A stretch of DNA of 64,000 bases from an uncultured delta proteobacterium (GCA_963776345.1 CAVZMH010000019.1:288001-352000), one strand, 5' to 3'; counted from the stretch's first letter, positions 28,762-39,671 are shown. Made by a program: numbers and translations. The notes: generated by a model not told the origin, from the sequence alone.

Positions 28762-29602
28762 TTGATTCGCCTCGCCCACCTCAGCGACCTGCACCACCAG
28801 ATCGACTGGCGGCGGCGCTCCCTCTGGAGCTCGGGCTGGCGCGGCGCCCCCGGGCGCTTCGAGCTCCACGCGCTCGGCCGGCTCCGCCGCTTCGCCGGGG
28901 TGGAGCAACGCATCGCCCGCCTGGTGGACCAGGTGCTCCGCCTCGCGCCGGACCGGGTCCTCCTCACCGGCGACCTGACCGCGCTCGGCGACGAGGCCGA
29001 GCTGCGCCACGCCAGGGCGCTGCTCGAGCCGTTCATCGCCGCCGGCTTGCTGGTGGTCATCCCCGGCAACCACGACCGCTACACCGACGCGCGCTCGCCG
29101 GCGTTCGAGCGCGTGTTCGCGGACCTCCTGACCAGCGACCTCCCCGGGCTCGCCGACGCACGGGGCTACCCGTTCGTGAAGCTGGTGGGCGACCGCCACG
29201 CCCTGGTGGGCCTGGACAGCACGCGGGTCCAGGGCTGGGGCCACTACCTGCTCGGGCGGCTCGGGGCGAGGCAGCTCCGGGCGCTGGCCCGCGTGCTCGA
29301 GCACCCCGCGCTGGAGCGCCGCACCCTCCTCCTCCTCGCCCACCACGGACCGGCCGGCCCGTCCGGCGTCATTCGACTGGGGCGAGTCAGGGCTGGTCGA
29401 CGCCGCGGCGCTGCTCCGGACCGTCCGGCACCGCCCGGTGGTGCTCCTCCACGGACACTCGCACCAGCGCTACTGGCACCGCGCCAGGGCCGGGCGGCCG
29501 CACCTCATCGCCGGCGGCAGCTCGACCGAGCGCGCGGGCTTCTGGGAGGTCCAGGTGGACGATCACTGCGCGCTGGAGGCGGTGGCCCACCCGCTCCGCT
29601 GA
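28762..29602 (+). pseudogene. calcineurin-like metallophosphoesterase with one frameshift near 29370; possibly a sequencing error
   Basis: HLSDLH, TGDLT, PGNHD, AHH in the first frame; LLHGHSH and the C-terminus (..AHPLR*) in the shifted frame ending TGA 29602. Confidence 0.75.
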
Positions 29603-30240
29603 CGGCCGCGCAGCTCGGGGATCCAGAAGAACACCATGGCGATCGCCAGCGCCAGGAAGAGGCCGGCGAAGATGTCCACCAGGTAGTGCTGCTTGGTGGT
29701 GAGCGTGGATGCCGCCACCGCCGTGGCCCAGAGCAGGAAACCGCCGAACACCGCTGGCCGGTGCCGCCAGAGCGCGAACGCCGCCAGGTACGAGCCGGCC
29801 ACGTGCATGCTGGGCAGGCAGCTGGTGGCCGCGTCCACCCCGCGGAGGCTCGCCAGGGCGCGCGCGCTCGCGCCGCCGCCGGCGATCGGGAACCACTCGC
29901 GGGGGAACACCGTCGGCCAGAGGAGGTGGACGAATGCCCCCACCACCAGGAGCGCGAAGTACGTCTTCACGTACCGCCTCACCTCCGGCCAGCCCATCTG
30001 GAGCATGAAGGCCGCCGCCACCAGCAGGTAGTCCGAGAAGTAGATCCATACCGTCCCGGGGAGGAAGGGGACCGCGGCGTCGGCGGCCGTCCACCAGAGC
30101 TGGCGCGGCGGGAACAGCTGGAGGTGGTTGGGGACCAGGTAGAGCACCGCGTTCATCAAAGTGGCCCCGAGCGCGATGAGCAGCTTCTGCCCCGCGCTGG
30201 GCGGCGGTGAACGCCGGTGGGAGGAGAAGACGTCCGTCAC
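29563..30240 (-). CDS. PAP2-superfamily membrane phosphatase/phosphotransferase
   Basis: Multiple TM segments; CLPSMHVA and STLTTKQHYLVD motifs. Confidence 0.8.
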   Translation of the reverse strand: MTDVFSSHRRSPPPSAGQKLLIALGATLMNAVLYLVPNHLQLFPPRQLWWTAADAAVPFLPGTVWIYFSDYLLVAAAFMLQMGWPEVRRYVKTYFALLVVGAFVHLLWPTVFPREWFPIAGGGASARALASLRGVDAATSCLPSMHVAGSYLAAFALWRHRPAVFGGFLLWATAVAASTLTTKQHYLVDIFAGLFLALAIAMVFFWIPELRGRQRSGWATASSAQ

Positions 30241-31001
30241 TCGAGCCGGCAGCGGGCGAGGATGCAGGTGACGTTGTCGTTCCCACCGGCGGCGTTGGCC
30301 CGCTCGATGAGCCGGGTGCAGGCCTCCTCGAGGTCGGCGGTCTCGCGGAGCAGCTGCTCCATCTCCGCGTCGCTCACCATCCCCGAGAGCCCGTCGGAGC
30401 AGAGCAGGAACACGTCGCCGTCGATGGGCTCGAACCGCCCCACGTCCACCTGCACCGTGTCCTTCATCCCCAGCGCGCGGACGATGACGTTCTTGTGAGG
30501 GAAGGCGTCGATCTCTTCCGGCGAGAGCTTCTTCGCCTTCAGGTAGTCGTTGAGCAGCGAGTGGTCCTCGGTGACCTGCTCCAGCTTCCCGTCCCGGAAG
30601 CGGTACACCCGGCTGTCCCCCACGTGACCGACGTAGACGGAGCTCTCGGCGATGTGCACCGTGGCGATGGTGGTCCCCATCCCCCGGTAGTTCGGGTCCC
30701 CGCTCGCCGCCTCGTAGATCCGGGCGTTGGCCAGCTTGATCCCGGTGGCCAGCCGGTTCTCGTCGTAGTTCCGCGTCTTGTCCATCTTGAACGGCCAGGT
30801 CACGTCCGAGTCGGTCGAGGTGAGGCGGAAGAACTCGGCCAGCTCGTCGATGGCGATGCGGCTGGCGATCTCGCCGGCGAAGTGGCCGCCCATCCCGTCG
30901 GCGACGCAGTAGAGCCGCTGATCGGGCATCACGAGGAAGCTGTCCTCGTTGATGTTGCGCTTCATGCCGACGTGGCTCTTGCCTGCGACCTCGATGCGCA
31001 T
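30237..31001 (-). CDS. pph1: PP2C-type Ser/Thr phosphatase (Pph1/Stp1-like)
   Basis: RNINED, VADGMGGH, GMGTT, HVGDSR, LCSDGL, GGNDNVT. Confidence 0.9.
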   Translation of the reverse strand: MRIEVAGKSHVGMKRNINEDSFLVMPDQRLYCVADGMGGHFAGEIASRIAIDELAEFFRLTSTDSDVTWPFKMDKTRNYDENRLATGIKLANARIYEAASGDPNYRGMGTTIATVHIAESSVYVGHVGDSRVYRFRDGKLEQVTEDHSLLNDYLKAKKLSPEEIDAFPHKNVIVRALGMKDTVQVDVGRFEPIDGDVFLLCSDGLSGMVSDAEMEQLLRETADLEEACTRLIERANAAGGNDNVTCILARCRLE

Positions 31002-31063
31002 CCCGGAGTCGGGGAACGCTAGCAAAGCCCCGAGCGATGGATCAAAGACTCCCCGAACGACGC

Positions 31064-31543
31064 ATGGCGCTGCTCCGCTCCCCCTCTCCTCCGCTGCACG
31101 TGGTCCTGGTCTCGCCACGCATCCCGCCCAACACCGGGAACGTGGCCCGCCTGTGCGCGGTGACCGGCTGCCGGCTCGAGCTGGTCGAGCCGCTCGGCTT
31201 CTCCATCGCCGACCGGGACCTCAGGCGGGCCGGGCTCGACTACTGGGACAAGGTGTTCCTCGCGCTGCACGCCGACTGGGAGGCATACCTCGCGGCGAGC
31301 GCGGGCGTCCGGCGCTGGCTCTTCACCGGCCACGCCGCGCTGACGCACTGGGACGCGCCCTTCACTCCGGGTGACCACCTGGTGTTCGGGTCGGAGCCGG
31401 GGGGCCTGCCGCCCTACATCCTGGAGGGAGGTGAGGGCACCCCGGTGGCCATCCCCATGGCGCCGGGCGTTCGCTCCCTCAACCTCTCCACCGCGGCGGG
31501 CATCGGGGTCTACGAAGCCCTCCGGCGGATCCGGCTAGAGTAG
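31064..31543 (+). CDS. trmL: tRNA (cytidine/uridine34-2'-O)-methyltransferase
   Basis: IPPNTGN, PLGF, RRAGLDYW, FGSE, RSLNLS. Confidence 0.9.
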   Translation: MALLRSPSPPLHVVLVSPRIPPNTGNVARLCAVTGCRLELVEPLGFSIADRDLRRAGLDYWDKVFLALHADWEAYLAASAGVRRWLFTGHAALTHWDAPFTPGDHLVFGSEPGGLPPYILEGGEGTPVAIPMAPGVRSLNLSTAAGIGVYEALRRIRLE

Positions 31544-31556
31544 GGGGTCCCCACCG

Positions 31557-34322
31557 ATGGCTCGCCCCTCCCTCCCGCCCGCGGCCGAGGCGCTCTTCCG
31601 CGCGCAGCAGGACAAGAGCACCGGCTGGCTCACGCTCCTGTGCCGCGGACGCGAGGCCAAGCTCTATCTGCAGCACGGAGACCTGGTGGGTACACGGCTC
31701 GGGTTCGGCCATCAGACCGATGCCCAGGCGCTGCTCGCCGCGGGCGCCCTCGTCCCCCCGGCGCTCGACCTCCTCTGGTCGCGCGGGCAGCTCGGGGATC
31801 CGGCGCGGGTCTGCGAGGCCGCCGGGGTCGACCCGACGTCGGTCTCCGAGGCGCGGGCCCTGGCCTCGGTTCGCCGGGTGGCGACGCTCGCCGAGGAGGC
31901 GAGCTTCATGCCCGCGCTGGTCGAGGTGACCTTCCCCCGCGTCCGTGGCGCCCGGGCGGTCCGCGCCGCCTTCGAGGCGTTGCCGCCGGTGCCCGCGACC
32001 TCGTGGGTGCGCTGCCGCGACGTGTCGGCGGCCGAGCCGTTCCTCGCCACCGCCGAGGAGCGCGCCTTCCTCGCCTCCCTCGCCGAGTTCCACACCGCCG
32101 AGGCGCTGTCCTCCGCCCAGTCGGCGCTGCTCCGCGCGCTCGAGCATGCCGGGCTGGTGGAGGTCCTCGGGCCCGAGGAGTGGGAGGCGCGCGCCGGGGA
32201 GGAGCGGGTCGAGGCCGCCCGCCGTGCCGAGGAGGAGTCCCGGCGGGAGGCGGCCCGGCTCGCTCTGGAGGCGGCGCGCGCGGCCGAGGAGCGCCGCCAG
32301 GCCGAGGTGCGCGGGCGCGCCGAGGCCGCCAGGAGGGCGCTCGAGGCGGCGAAGGCCGCCGAGGCCGCGTGGCGCCGCGCCCAGGGGAATGGGGACGCCG
32401 GCCCGCCGGTGGTGCATACCACCGAGCCCGAGTTCCCCGGTCCGCCCCCGCCCCGCGCCCGGACCACCGACCACGAGTTCCACGCGCTCTCCGAGGAGAT
32501 GCCTCCGCTCGAGCCGCCCGTCGCGGACGCGCCCGACGTCGAGGGCGACGAGGCGATGGTGCCGGTCATCACCCGCACCACCCTCCCGCCCTTCGAGCCG
32601 CCGGTGCAGAGCACCGACCCCATGGGGCTGCCGCCGGTCGCCGAGGGGCTCGGGGACGAGGACACCTTGGTGCGCGCCATGGAGTACGCGCGCGGACAGA
32701 CGGACCCCTACGCCTCCGTGCCCGCGGCCCCCGGCCGGGTCCAGGCGCGCGGGGAGCCGCCTCCGCCCCCGCGCTCCGGGACCGACCCGTACGCCCCGGG
32801 CCTGGAGCCCGAGGCGCACCAGACGGACCCGTACGCCCAGCCGCTCTCGCAGGCCACGCCGCCCCCGTCGGCGGACGAGCTGCCCACGCCTCCGGCACGG
32901 CCCTTCATGTTCCCCCCCGCCGGGGCGACACCCACCCCGCCCACGGGGACGGACGACACCCGCACGCCTCCGGGCGGCATCAGGCTCGAGTCGGAGGAGC
33001 CGGTGCTCGAGCCCGACTCGCTCGCCCTCGCCGACCTGGAGCCGGCGCCCACCCCGGCCGCGGGAACGCTGGTCGACGAGCTCAGCGAGGCGCTCCGCCG
33101 GGCCGGCTCGGACGCACCCGCGGAGCTGTGGCGGACGCCGAGCACCGAGGCGGTGGGGAGCAAGCCCGCGGAGCGGACGCCGCTGCGGCTCGGGCCGGAG
33201 TCGGGGGAGAACGACGCCGACCTGTGGAGGCTGGTGAGCGAGAAGCCGGTGGAGCAGCCGGGCTCCTTCGAGGCCGCGCTCCACCAGGTGGACGAACAGC
33301 TCGAGGCGCTCGCGGGCCTGGGCGCGGCCCCGACCGATCCGGACAACCCGAGCACCGTCCCCCTGGCCACCACGGACCTGGACGCGCTGGTGAAGGCGTC
33401 GTTCGAGTCGGGCGAGTGGACGATGGCCCCGCCCGCCGCGCCGGACGAGAGCCCCGACGGCGGTCGCATCGGTCTGGCGGCGCTGAGCGGGACGCCGCCT
33501 CCCGCTCCGCCGTCGCCCGTCGCCGAGCCGCCCGAGCTGTCCGCCGCCCGCAGGCAGGCTCTCCTGCGCCAGGCGCGCGCCGCCGCCGAGCGCGAGCCCG
33601 TGGCCAGCATCCCCACCCCTCCGCCGCGCTCGCTGGAGGACGCGGAGCTGGCCGATGCCATCGAGGCCCGTCACGCCGCGCTCACCCGCGACCCGGACCG
33701 GTTCGCGGTGCTGGGCCTGCCCCCCGAGGCGGGGCGGGACGACGTGAAGCGCGCGTTCATCGAGCTGGCCAAGGTGTTCCATCCCGATCGGCTGCCGCGC
33801 TCGCTGGCGATGCTCCAGCCCAAGACCGCGCGCGTCTTCGACGCCATCCGCGAGGCCCAGGAGTTCCTGCTCGACGACGTCCGCCGTGCCGAGCATGCCG
33901 CCACCCACGTCCGGAGCGGGCCGGGCCGGGCGAACGACCCGGCCGCAGCGTCGGAGGCGCTGGTCGCCGGGGAGATGGCGATGCGCAGGCGCGAGTACGC
34001 GCAGGCCGAGGCCTTCTTCCGGGAGGCCCACGAGGCCGACCCGCGCCCGGCCACCCTCGCCGCCGAGGCCTGGGCCATCTACATGGACCCGTCGCGGAGG
34101 AGCGAGGCGCCGCGCGCCCGGGCGATGATGGTCGACGCCCTCAAGGCCGATCCGGACTGCGACCGTGCGCACTACCAGCTCGGGGTCATCGCCCGCGTGG
34201 AAGGCGACGTGGACCGGGCCGAGAAGCACTTCCGCGAGGCGGTACGCAGCAACCCGCGCCACCTCGAGGCCGCGCAGGAGCTGCGGTTGCTGGAGATGCG
34301 GCGCCGCCCGAAGAAGAAGTAG
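31557..34322 (+). CDS. large myxobacterial J-domain + TPR protein with Pro-rich linker
   Basis: FAVLGL...VKRAFIELAKVFHPDR J-domain near the C-terminus; TPR (AHYQLG..AEKHFREAV..NPRH); N-terminal DUF4388-like region. Confidence 0.75.
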   Translation: MARPSLPPAAEALFRAQQDKSTGWLTLLCRGREAKLYLQHGDLVGTRLGFGHQTDAQALLAAGALVPPALDLLWSRGQLGDPARVCEAAGVDPTSVSEARALASVRRVATLAEEASFMPALVEVTFPRVRGARAVRAAFEALPPVPATSWVRCRDVSAAEPFLATAEERAFLASLAEFHTAEALSSAQSALLRALEHAGLVEVLGPEEWEARAGEERVEAARRAEEESRREAARLALEAARAAEERRQAEVRGRAEAARRALEAAKAAEAAWRRAQGNGDAGPPVVHTTEPEFPGPPPPRARTTDHEFHALSEEMPPLEPPVADAPDVEGDEAMVPVITRTTLPPFEPPVQSTDPMGLPPVAEGLGDEDTLVRAMEYARGQTDPYASVPAAPGRVQARGEPPPPPRSGTDPYAPGLEPEAHQTDPYAQPLSQATPPPSADELPTPPARPFMFPPAGATPTPPTGTDDTRTPPGGIRLESEEPVLEPDSLALADLEPAPTPAAGTLVDELSEALRRAGSDAPAELWRTPSTEAVGSKPAERTPLRLGPESGENDADLWRLVSEKPVEQPGSFEAALHQVDEQLEALAGLGAAPTDPDNPSTVPLATTDLDALVKASFESGEWTMAPPAAPDESPDGGRIGLAALSGTPPPAPPSPVAEPPELSAARRQALLRQARAAAEREPVASIPTPPPRSLEDAELADAIEARHAALTRDPDRFAVLGLPPEAGRDDVKRAFIELAKVFHPDRLPRSLAMLQPKTARVFDAIREAQEFLLDDVRRAEHAATHVRSGPGRANDPAAASEALVAGEMAMRRREYAQAEAFFREAHEADPRPATLAAEAWAIYMDPSRRSEAPRARAMMVDALKADPDCDRAHYQLGVIARVEGDVDRAEKHFREAVRSNPRHLEAAQELRLLEMRRRPKKK

Positions 34323-34337
34323 CGCCCCCGGGGGGGG

Positions 34338-34679
34338 CTACGGGGCGTTCCGGACCCAGGCGTCGAGCGCCGCCCGCTCGTCCTTGCCCAGGCGCACGAA
34401 CTCGATGCCCATGCCCGCCGGCTCCTCGGGACCGGGGAAGCGGCGAACCCAGGCCACCCGGGCCTGTGCCTGTACCGGCGCGGGGCGTCCGACGATCTGG
34501 AACTCGAGCGACAGCGTCTCGCCCGGCTCGAGCAACAGGTCTGATACGAGAAACGCCCCACCGGCAGACAGGTCCGCGCCGGACAGCTCCAGAGCGCCGA
34601 GGCCGTCGGTTCCCCCGGCACGGAACTCCACCGAGAGCGACCGCCGCGCGTGCCGGCGCTTGTCCTCGTGGGTCAGCAC
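34338..34679 (-). CDS. stand-alone PilZ domain protein (TIGR02266-like)
   Basis: RxxxR (RRHAR) and DxSxxG (DLSAGG) motifs; ARVAW, GMGIEF. Confidence 0.85.
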   Translation of the reverse strand: MLTHEDKRRHARRSLSVEFRAGGTDGLGALELSGADLSAGGAFLVSDLLLEPGETLSLEFQIVGRPAPVQAQARVAWVRRFPGPEEPAGMGIEFVRLGKDERAALDAWVRNAP

Positions 34680-34738
34680 GGGACGAAGCCTGACCCGCGC
34701 GCCATGGGTGTCAAGGGCCTGCTAACCTCGCCCGGCCC

Positions 34739-37138
34739 ATGGCCAAGCAGCATCTCCTGCTCGTCGACGGGGACCCGAAGAGTCTCCGGGTGATGGAGGT
34801 CAGCCTGAAGAAGGCCGGCTTCTCGGTCACCACCGCGGCCGATGGGAAGGACGCCCTCCAGAAGATCCAGATCAGCCCGCCGGACCTGGTCCTTTCGGAC
34901 ACCAGGCTGTCGGAGCTGGACGGGTTCGAGCTCTGCCGGCGGCTGAAGTCGGACGAGCGGCTGAGGCAAATCCCGTTCGTCTTCCTCACCAGCCAGAAAG
35001 CCGTGGAATTCAAGGTCCGGGGCCTGGAGATGGGCGGCGAGGACTACCTGACCAAACCCATCTACATCAAGGAGATCGTCACCCGGGCGCGGATGATTCT
35101 CCAGAAGGCGGAGAAGGAGCGCTTCGAGCGGCGCGAGACGCGCGGCGGCTTTTCTGGAAGTTTGAGCGACCTCGGGGTGGTCGACCTGGTCCAGACCTTC
35201 GAGGTGGGGCGGAAGACCGGGCTCATCCGGCTCGATGGCGAGCGCTCCGGCACCATCTACTTCCGCGACGGCCGGGTCATCGACGCCGAGCTGGGGCGGC
35301 TCGCCGGCGAGAACGCGTTCTACCGGATGCTCAACACCTTCGAGGGGCAGTTCGAGGTGCAGTTCGTCCCGGTGGACCGGCCCGAGCGCATCGAGGTCTC
35401 GACCCAGGGGCTGCTGCTCGAGGGCATGCGCCGGCTGGACGAGTGGGGCCGGATGCTCGAGCAGCTCCCTCCGCTGGAGACGGTGTTCGAGATCGACTAC
35501 CGGCAGCTCGCGGACCGGCTGAGCGAGATCCCCGACGAGGTGAACGGGCTGCTCCGGCTCTTCGACGGGCACCGTTCGCTGGCACGGGTGGTGGACGACT
35601 CGGACTTCGAGGACCTGGCCGCGCTGGGCATCATCAGCAAGCTCTACTTCGAGGGGCTGGTGCGCGAGGCCGGAGGCACGCCACCGTTCGGCCCGCGCGA
35701 GTCGCGTGCCCTCGGGGCGTGGCTCGACGGGACGCCGCCCCCCCCGGTGTGGTCCGGACCCGTGGCGGTGCAGCCGAACCCGGCGGCCCACACTCCGCCG
35801 CCGGGTGCGGTGCCGACGGTGGCGCCGCTCTCGGCCGAGGAGACGGCGGCACGCTCGGCTCCCGTGACCAACGGCGCGCCGGCCGCGCATCCGGCCGTCC
35901 CGGACGCGGTGAACGGAACGACGTTGGAGCCGCACGCAGGCGAGTCGCAGGGGGCACCTGGTCACGTCCCGGCGGACACGCCGGCGCCCGGCGGCCCCGA
36001 CGCGGCGGACGTGCTCGCGCCGCTCCCGGCGGCCATCGCCGCCGAGGTGGCCAGCGCCGAGCCGGAGCTGCACGCCCTCCTCACCGCTCCGCCGTCGCCC
36101 GAGGCGGGGGTGGCCCTCCGCCCGGGCAATGGGCCGGGCTCGGCGGACGTGCTCCTCTTCTCTCCCAGGCCGGACGCCATGCCGGCGCGACTCCCGGGCT
36201 CGTCGTTCCTCGTCGCTCCGCCTCCCGCGGCGCGCGCGGTGGAGCAGGCGCAGGCCAAGGCCCTGACGGACTGGGGACATGCGCCGCCCGCGGTTTCCGT
36301 CCCGCCGCCGGTTCCCCCGGCGCCGGCGCTGCGCGAGCCGCTCTTCGGGGGCGCGGCGGAGGAGACGGAGGAGGCTGAGGAGACGCCCCCTGACGCGCTG
36401 CCGGAACCCGAGCGCCCGCGGCTCCGGTTCCTCGAGCCCCCGCCCCCGCGCCGGACCGGACGATGGGTGGTGGCAGGGCTCGCGCTCATCGCCGTGGCGG
36501 CCGGGGTGGCCTGGGCGTTGGGGGTCCGCCGCGCCCCTCCTCCGCCTGTGTCCGAGCCTGCTGCCGTGGCGGCGCCCGCCGCACCCGAGGAGCCCCACGC
36601 TCCCGCCGCGGCCGTCGCCACCGGGAGCGCTCCGCCGGCCACGAGCGAGCCCGCGCCCCCCGTGCCCTCGCCGGCGCTCGCCGGCTCCCCGCAGCAGGAC
36701 GCCCCCCCGGCCGGCGCCGCGGAGGACCCGGGCGAGGCCCAGTACGCCGAGGCGGTGCGGGCCGCCCGCGAGGCCAACGCCGGGAGCAAGTGGGAGGTGG
36801 AGGCCGAGGCGTACCGGCGCGCGCTCTCCATCCGGCCGGCGTCGCTCGAGGCCAAGGAGGGCCTCGGGGCGGCCATCGTCAAGAGCGCGGGCCGGGCGGG
36901 CAGCTATCTCGAGTCGGAGCGGCTCCTGTCCGAGGTGGTGACCGCCGACGGCGCCCGCTCCCGCGCCTGGCTGGTGCTGGGGATGGCCCGGCAGCTCGGC
37001 GCGCGGCCGGGGCCCGCCATGGAGGCATACCGGCGCTACCTCGAGCTCGTGCCGCAGGGCCCCTACTCGGCGGACGTGCGCGCGGTGGTCCGCGAGCTGG
37101 AACGGCGGGACGTGGCGCAGCGGCGGCCGGGACGGTAG
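34739..37138 (+). CDS. response regulator receiver + DUF4388 + TM + TPR protein (PglH-like)
   Basis: Receiver (LLVDGD..PDLVLSD..FLTS..YLTKP); DUF4388-like '[18 protein letters not shown]'; TM '[19 protein letters not shown]'; TPR C-terminus. Confidence 0.8.
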   Translation: MAKQHLLLVDGDPKSLRVMEVSLKKAGFSVTTAADGKDALQKIQISPPDLVLSDTRLSELDGFELCRRLKSDERLRQIPFVFLTSQKAVEFKVRGLEMGGEDYLTKPIYIKEIVTRARMILQKAEKERFERRETRGGFSGSLSDLGVVDLVQTFEVGRKTGLIRLDGERSGTIYFRDGRVIDAELGRLAGENAFYRMLNTFEGQFEVQFVPVDRPERIEVSTQGLLLEGMRRLDEWGRMLEQLPPLETVFEIDYRQLADRLSEIPDEVNGLLRLFDGHRSLARVVDDSDFEDLAALGIISKLYFEGLVREAGGTPPFGPRESRALGAWLDGTPPPPVWSGPVAVQPNPAAHTPPPGAVPTVAPLSAEETAARSAPVTNGAPAAHPAVPDAVNGTTLEPHAGESQGAPGHVPADTPAPGGPDAADVLAPLPAAIAAEVASAEPELHALLTAPPSPEAGVALRPGNGPGSADVLLFSPRPDAMPARLPGSSFLVAPPPAARAVEQAQAKALTDWGHAPPAVSVPPPVPPAPALREPLFGGAAEETEEAEETPPDALPEPERPRLRFLEPPPPRRTGRWVVAGLALIAVAAGVAWALGVRRAPPPPVSEPAAVAAPAAPEEPHAPAAAVATGSAPPATSEPAPPVPSPALAGSPQQDAPPAGAAEDPGEAQYAEAVRAAREANAGSKWEVEAEAYRRALSIRPASLEAKEGLGAAIVKSAGRAGSYLESERLLSEVVTADGARSRAWLVLGMARQLGARPGPAMEAYRRYLELVPQGPYSADVRAVVRELERRDVAQRRPGR

Positions 37139-37177
37139 AGCACGCTCCGACGGCCCCTCCCCGGGGCCACTCCGACA

Positions 37178-38176
37178 ATGCGCGTCCTTGGGCTCGAGAC
37201 CTCGTGCGACGAGACGGCGGCCGCCGTGGTGGAGGACGGCCGTCGCGCGCTCTCCGACGTCGTCTCCACGCAGGTGGAGATCCACCGCCGGTGGGGCGGC
37301 GTCGTCCCCGAGCTCGCCAGCCGGAACCACGTCGTGCAGGTGCTCCCGGTGGTGGACGAGGCGCTCCGCCGGGCCGGGTGCACGCTCGAGGACCTGGACC
37401 TCATCGCCGTGACCCGCGGCCCCGGGCTCCTGGGCGCCCTGCTGGTGGGGGTGCAGCTGGGGAAGTCGCTCTCGGCCGCCACGGGCATCCCGCTGGTCGG
37501 GGTCAATCACCTCGAGGGCCACCTGCTCGCCGTCCGGCTGTTGCCCTCCCCGCCGGAGCCGCCGTTCCTCGCCCTGGTCGTCTCCGGCGGACACACCAGC
37601 CTCTACGCCGTCCGGGACTACGGCCAGTACACCCGGGTGGGCAGCACGCGCGACGACGCGGCCGGTGAGGCGTACGACAAGGTGGCCCGGCTCCTCGGAC
37701 TCCCGTACCCGGGCGGGCTCCCCATCGACCGGCTTGCGCAGACGGGCGACCCGCGCGCCATCCGCTTCCCCCGCGCGTTGAACGTCCCGGGCGTGTTCGA
37801 CTGGAGCTTCAGCGGCCTCAAGACCGCGGTCCGGAACCACGTGCGCGCCAGCGGCGTGCCGGAGGGCCAGGCGCTGGCGGACCTCTGCGCCTCGTTCCAG
37901 GAGGCGGTGGCCGACTCGCTCTCGCGCAAGCTGGTGGCCGCGGCGCGCGCGCTGGGCCAGAAGGACGTCGTCCTCTGCGGCGGGGTGGCGGCCAACTCGC
38001 GGCTCCGGTCGCTCACGCTCGAGCGCGCGGGCGAGCGGGACATCCGGGTGCACCTGCCGCCGCCGGCCCTCTGCACCGACAACGGGGCGATGATCGCCGT
38101 CGCGGGGACGGAGGCCTGGCGCCGGGGCGAGTGCGGGGACGGCCTCCCGGTGGTGGACGCGGGCTGGACGCCCTAG
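37178..38176 (+). CDS. tsaD: tRNA N6-adenosine threonylcarbamoyltransferase
   Basis: LETSCDET, GGVVPELASR, NHLEGH, SGGHT, DDAAGEAYDK, CTDNGAM. Confidence 0.96.
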   Translation: MRVLGLETSCDETAAAVVEDGRRALSDVVSTQVEIHRRWGGVVPELASRNHVVQVLPVVDEALRRAGCTLEDLDLIAVTRGPGLLGALLVGVQLGKSLSAATGIPLVGVNHLEGHLLAVRLLPSPPEPPFLALVVSGGHTSLYAVRDYGQYTRVGSTRDDAAGEAYDKVARLLGLPYPGGLPIDRLAQTGDPRAIRFPRALNVPGVFDWSFSGLKTAVRNHVRASGVPEGQALADLCASFQEAVADSLSRKLVAAARALGQKDVVLCGGVAANSRLRSLTLERAGERDIRVHLPPPALCTDNGAMIAVAGTEAWRRGECGDGLPVVDAGWTP

Positions 38177-38186
38177 GGGAGCGGCT

Positions 38187-39011
38187 GTGGACTCGCCACG
38201 GCGGATGCTGCAGCAGCACGGGCTCCGGCCGAAGCACGCCTGGGGGCAGAACTTCCTCGATGACCCGGCCGTGCTGGCCGACATCGTCCAGGCGGCCCGG
38301 CTCGGTCCGGACTCGGTGGTGGTCGAGCTCGGGGCAGGGCTCGGCCACCTCACCCGGGCGCTGCTCGACACGGGGGCACGGGTGGTCGCCGTCGAGCGTG
38401 ACCGCGACATGCTCGCCATCCTCGAGGCGCTGAAGACCGAGCGGCTGACGGTGCTCGCGGCCAACGCCGCCCGGCTGGAGCTCGCCGCGGTCGCCGGCAT
38501 GCGCCCGCTGACCTTGGTGGGGAACCTGCCCTACCACCTCACCTCGTCCATCCTCTTCCAGGCGCTGGAGCAGCACCGGGATCTCGAGCGCTGCGTGTTC
38601 ACCGTCCAGAAGGAGGTGGCCGAGCGGGTGGCGGCCGGCGAGGGGACGCGCAGCGCGGGCCTGCTGACGGTGCTCCTCGGGGTGTGGTTCGACGCGTCCA
38701 TCGTCCGCACCGTGCCGGCCGGGGCGTTCCATCCCCCGCCCAAGGTGGACTCGGCGGTGCTGCTCCTCGAGCACCGGGCGGCGCCCCGGGCCGAGGTGGG
38801 TGACGAGGGGCACTTCCGCAAGGTGGTGAAGGCCGGGTTCTCCCAGCGGCGCAAGACGCTGCTCAACGCGCTCCGGTCGGACCCCGAGCTGGGGGATGCG
38901 GGGGCGATCCGGGCCGCGCTCGAGGCCGCGGGCATCGAGCCAAGCCGCCGGGCCGAGACGCTCGCCGTGGCGGACTTCGCGCGTCTGGCCCGGGCGTTGA
39001 GGAGCCCCTAG
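38187..39011 (+). CDS. rsmA: 16S rRNA dimethyladenosine transferase
   Basis: GQNFL, ELGAGLG, GNLPY, QKEVAER, PPPKVDSAV, FSQRRKTL. Confidence 0.95.
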   Translation: MDSPRRMLQQHGLRPKHAWGQNFLDDPAVLADIVQAARLGPDSVVVELGAGLGHLTRALLDTGARVVAVERDRDMLAILEALKTERLTVLAANAARLELAAVAGMRPLTLVGNLPYHLTSSILFQALEQHRDLERCVFTVQKEVAERVAAGEGTRSAGLLTVLLGVWFDASIVRTVPAGAFHPPPKVDSAVLLLEHRAAPRAEVGDEGHFRKVVKAGFSQRRKTLLNALRSDPELGDAGAIRAALEAAGIEPSRRAETLAVADFARLARALRSP

Positions 39012-39020
39012 AGGGCGTGG

Positions 39021-39671
39021 TTGACTCCGCCGGACTTGGACCAGCGCTACATCGCCGTCGAGGGGCCGATCGGGGTGGGGAAGACCAGCCTGGCGCGGCT
39101 CCTCGCCGAGCGGCTCGGCGGCCGGCTCGTCCTCGAGGAGGTCGAGGACAATCCCTTCCTCGCCCGCTTCTACCAGGACCGGAGCGCCTGGGCGTTCCAG
39201 ACCCAGCTCTTCTTCCTCCTGAGCCGCTGGCAGCAGCAGCAGAAGCTGCTCCAGACCGACCTCTTCGCCGCGGCCACGGTGAGCGACTACGTCTTCGCCA
39301 AGGACCGCATCTTCGCCACGCTCACCCTGCAGCCGGCGGAGCTCGCGCTTTACGACCGGGTCTACGACGCGCTCGGGCCCCGGGTCCCGCAGCCGGACCT
39401 GGTCATCTTCCTCCAGTGCCGGCTGGAGGTCCTGCTCCATCGCATCCGGCGCCGGGGCCGCGACTTCGAGCGGCACTTCGACGCCGACTACCTCGAGGCG
39501 CTCTCCAGGGCGTACAACGACTTCTTCTTCCACTACACGGACACGCCGCTCTTGGTCATCAACACCAGCGACATCGACTTCGTCCACAACGCGGCCGACC
39601 TGGACAACCTGGTCTCGGTGGTCCGGAAGATGCGGAAGGGGGTCCACCACTACCTGCCCCTGAAAAGGTAG
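39021..39671 (+). CDS. deoxynucleoside kinase
   Basis: IAVEGPIGVGKT P-loop, NPFL..FY, QLFFLLSR, RRRGRDFE. Confidence 0.9.
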   Translation: MTPPDLDQRYIAVEGPIGVGKTSLARLLAERLGGRLVLEEVEDNPFLARFYQDRSAWAFQTQLFFLLSRWQQQQKLLQTDLFAAATVSDYVFAKDRIFATLTLQPAELALYDRVYDALGPRVPQPDLVIFLQCRLEVLLHRIRRRGRDFERHFDADYLEALSRAYNDFFFHYTDTPLLVINTSDIDFVHNAADLDNLVSVVRKMRKGVHHYLPLKR

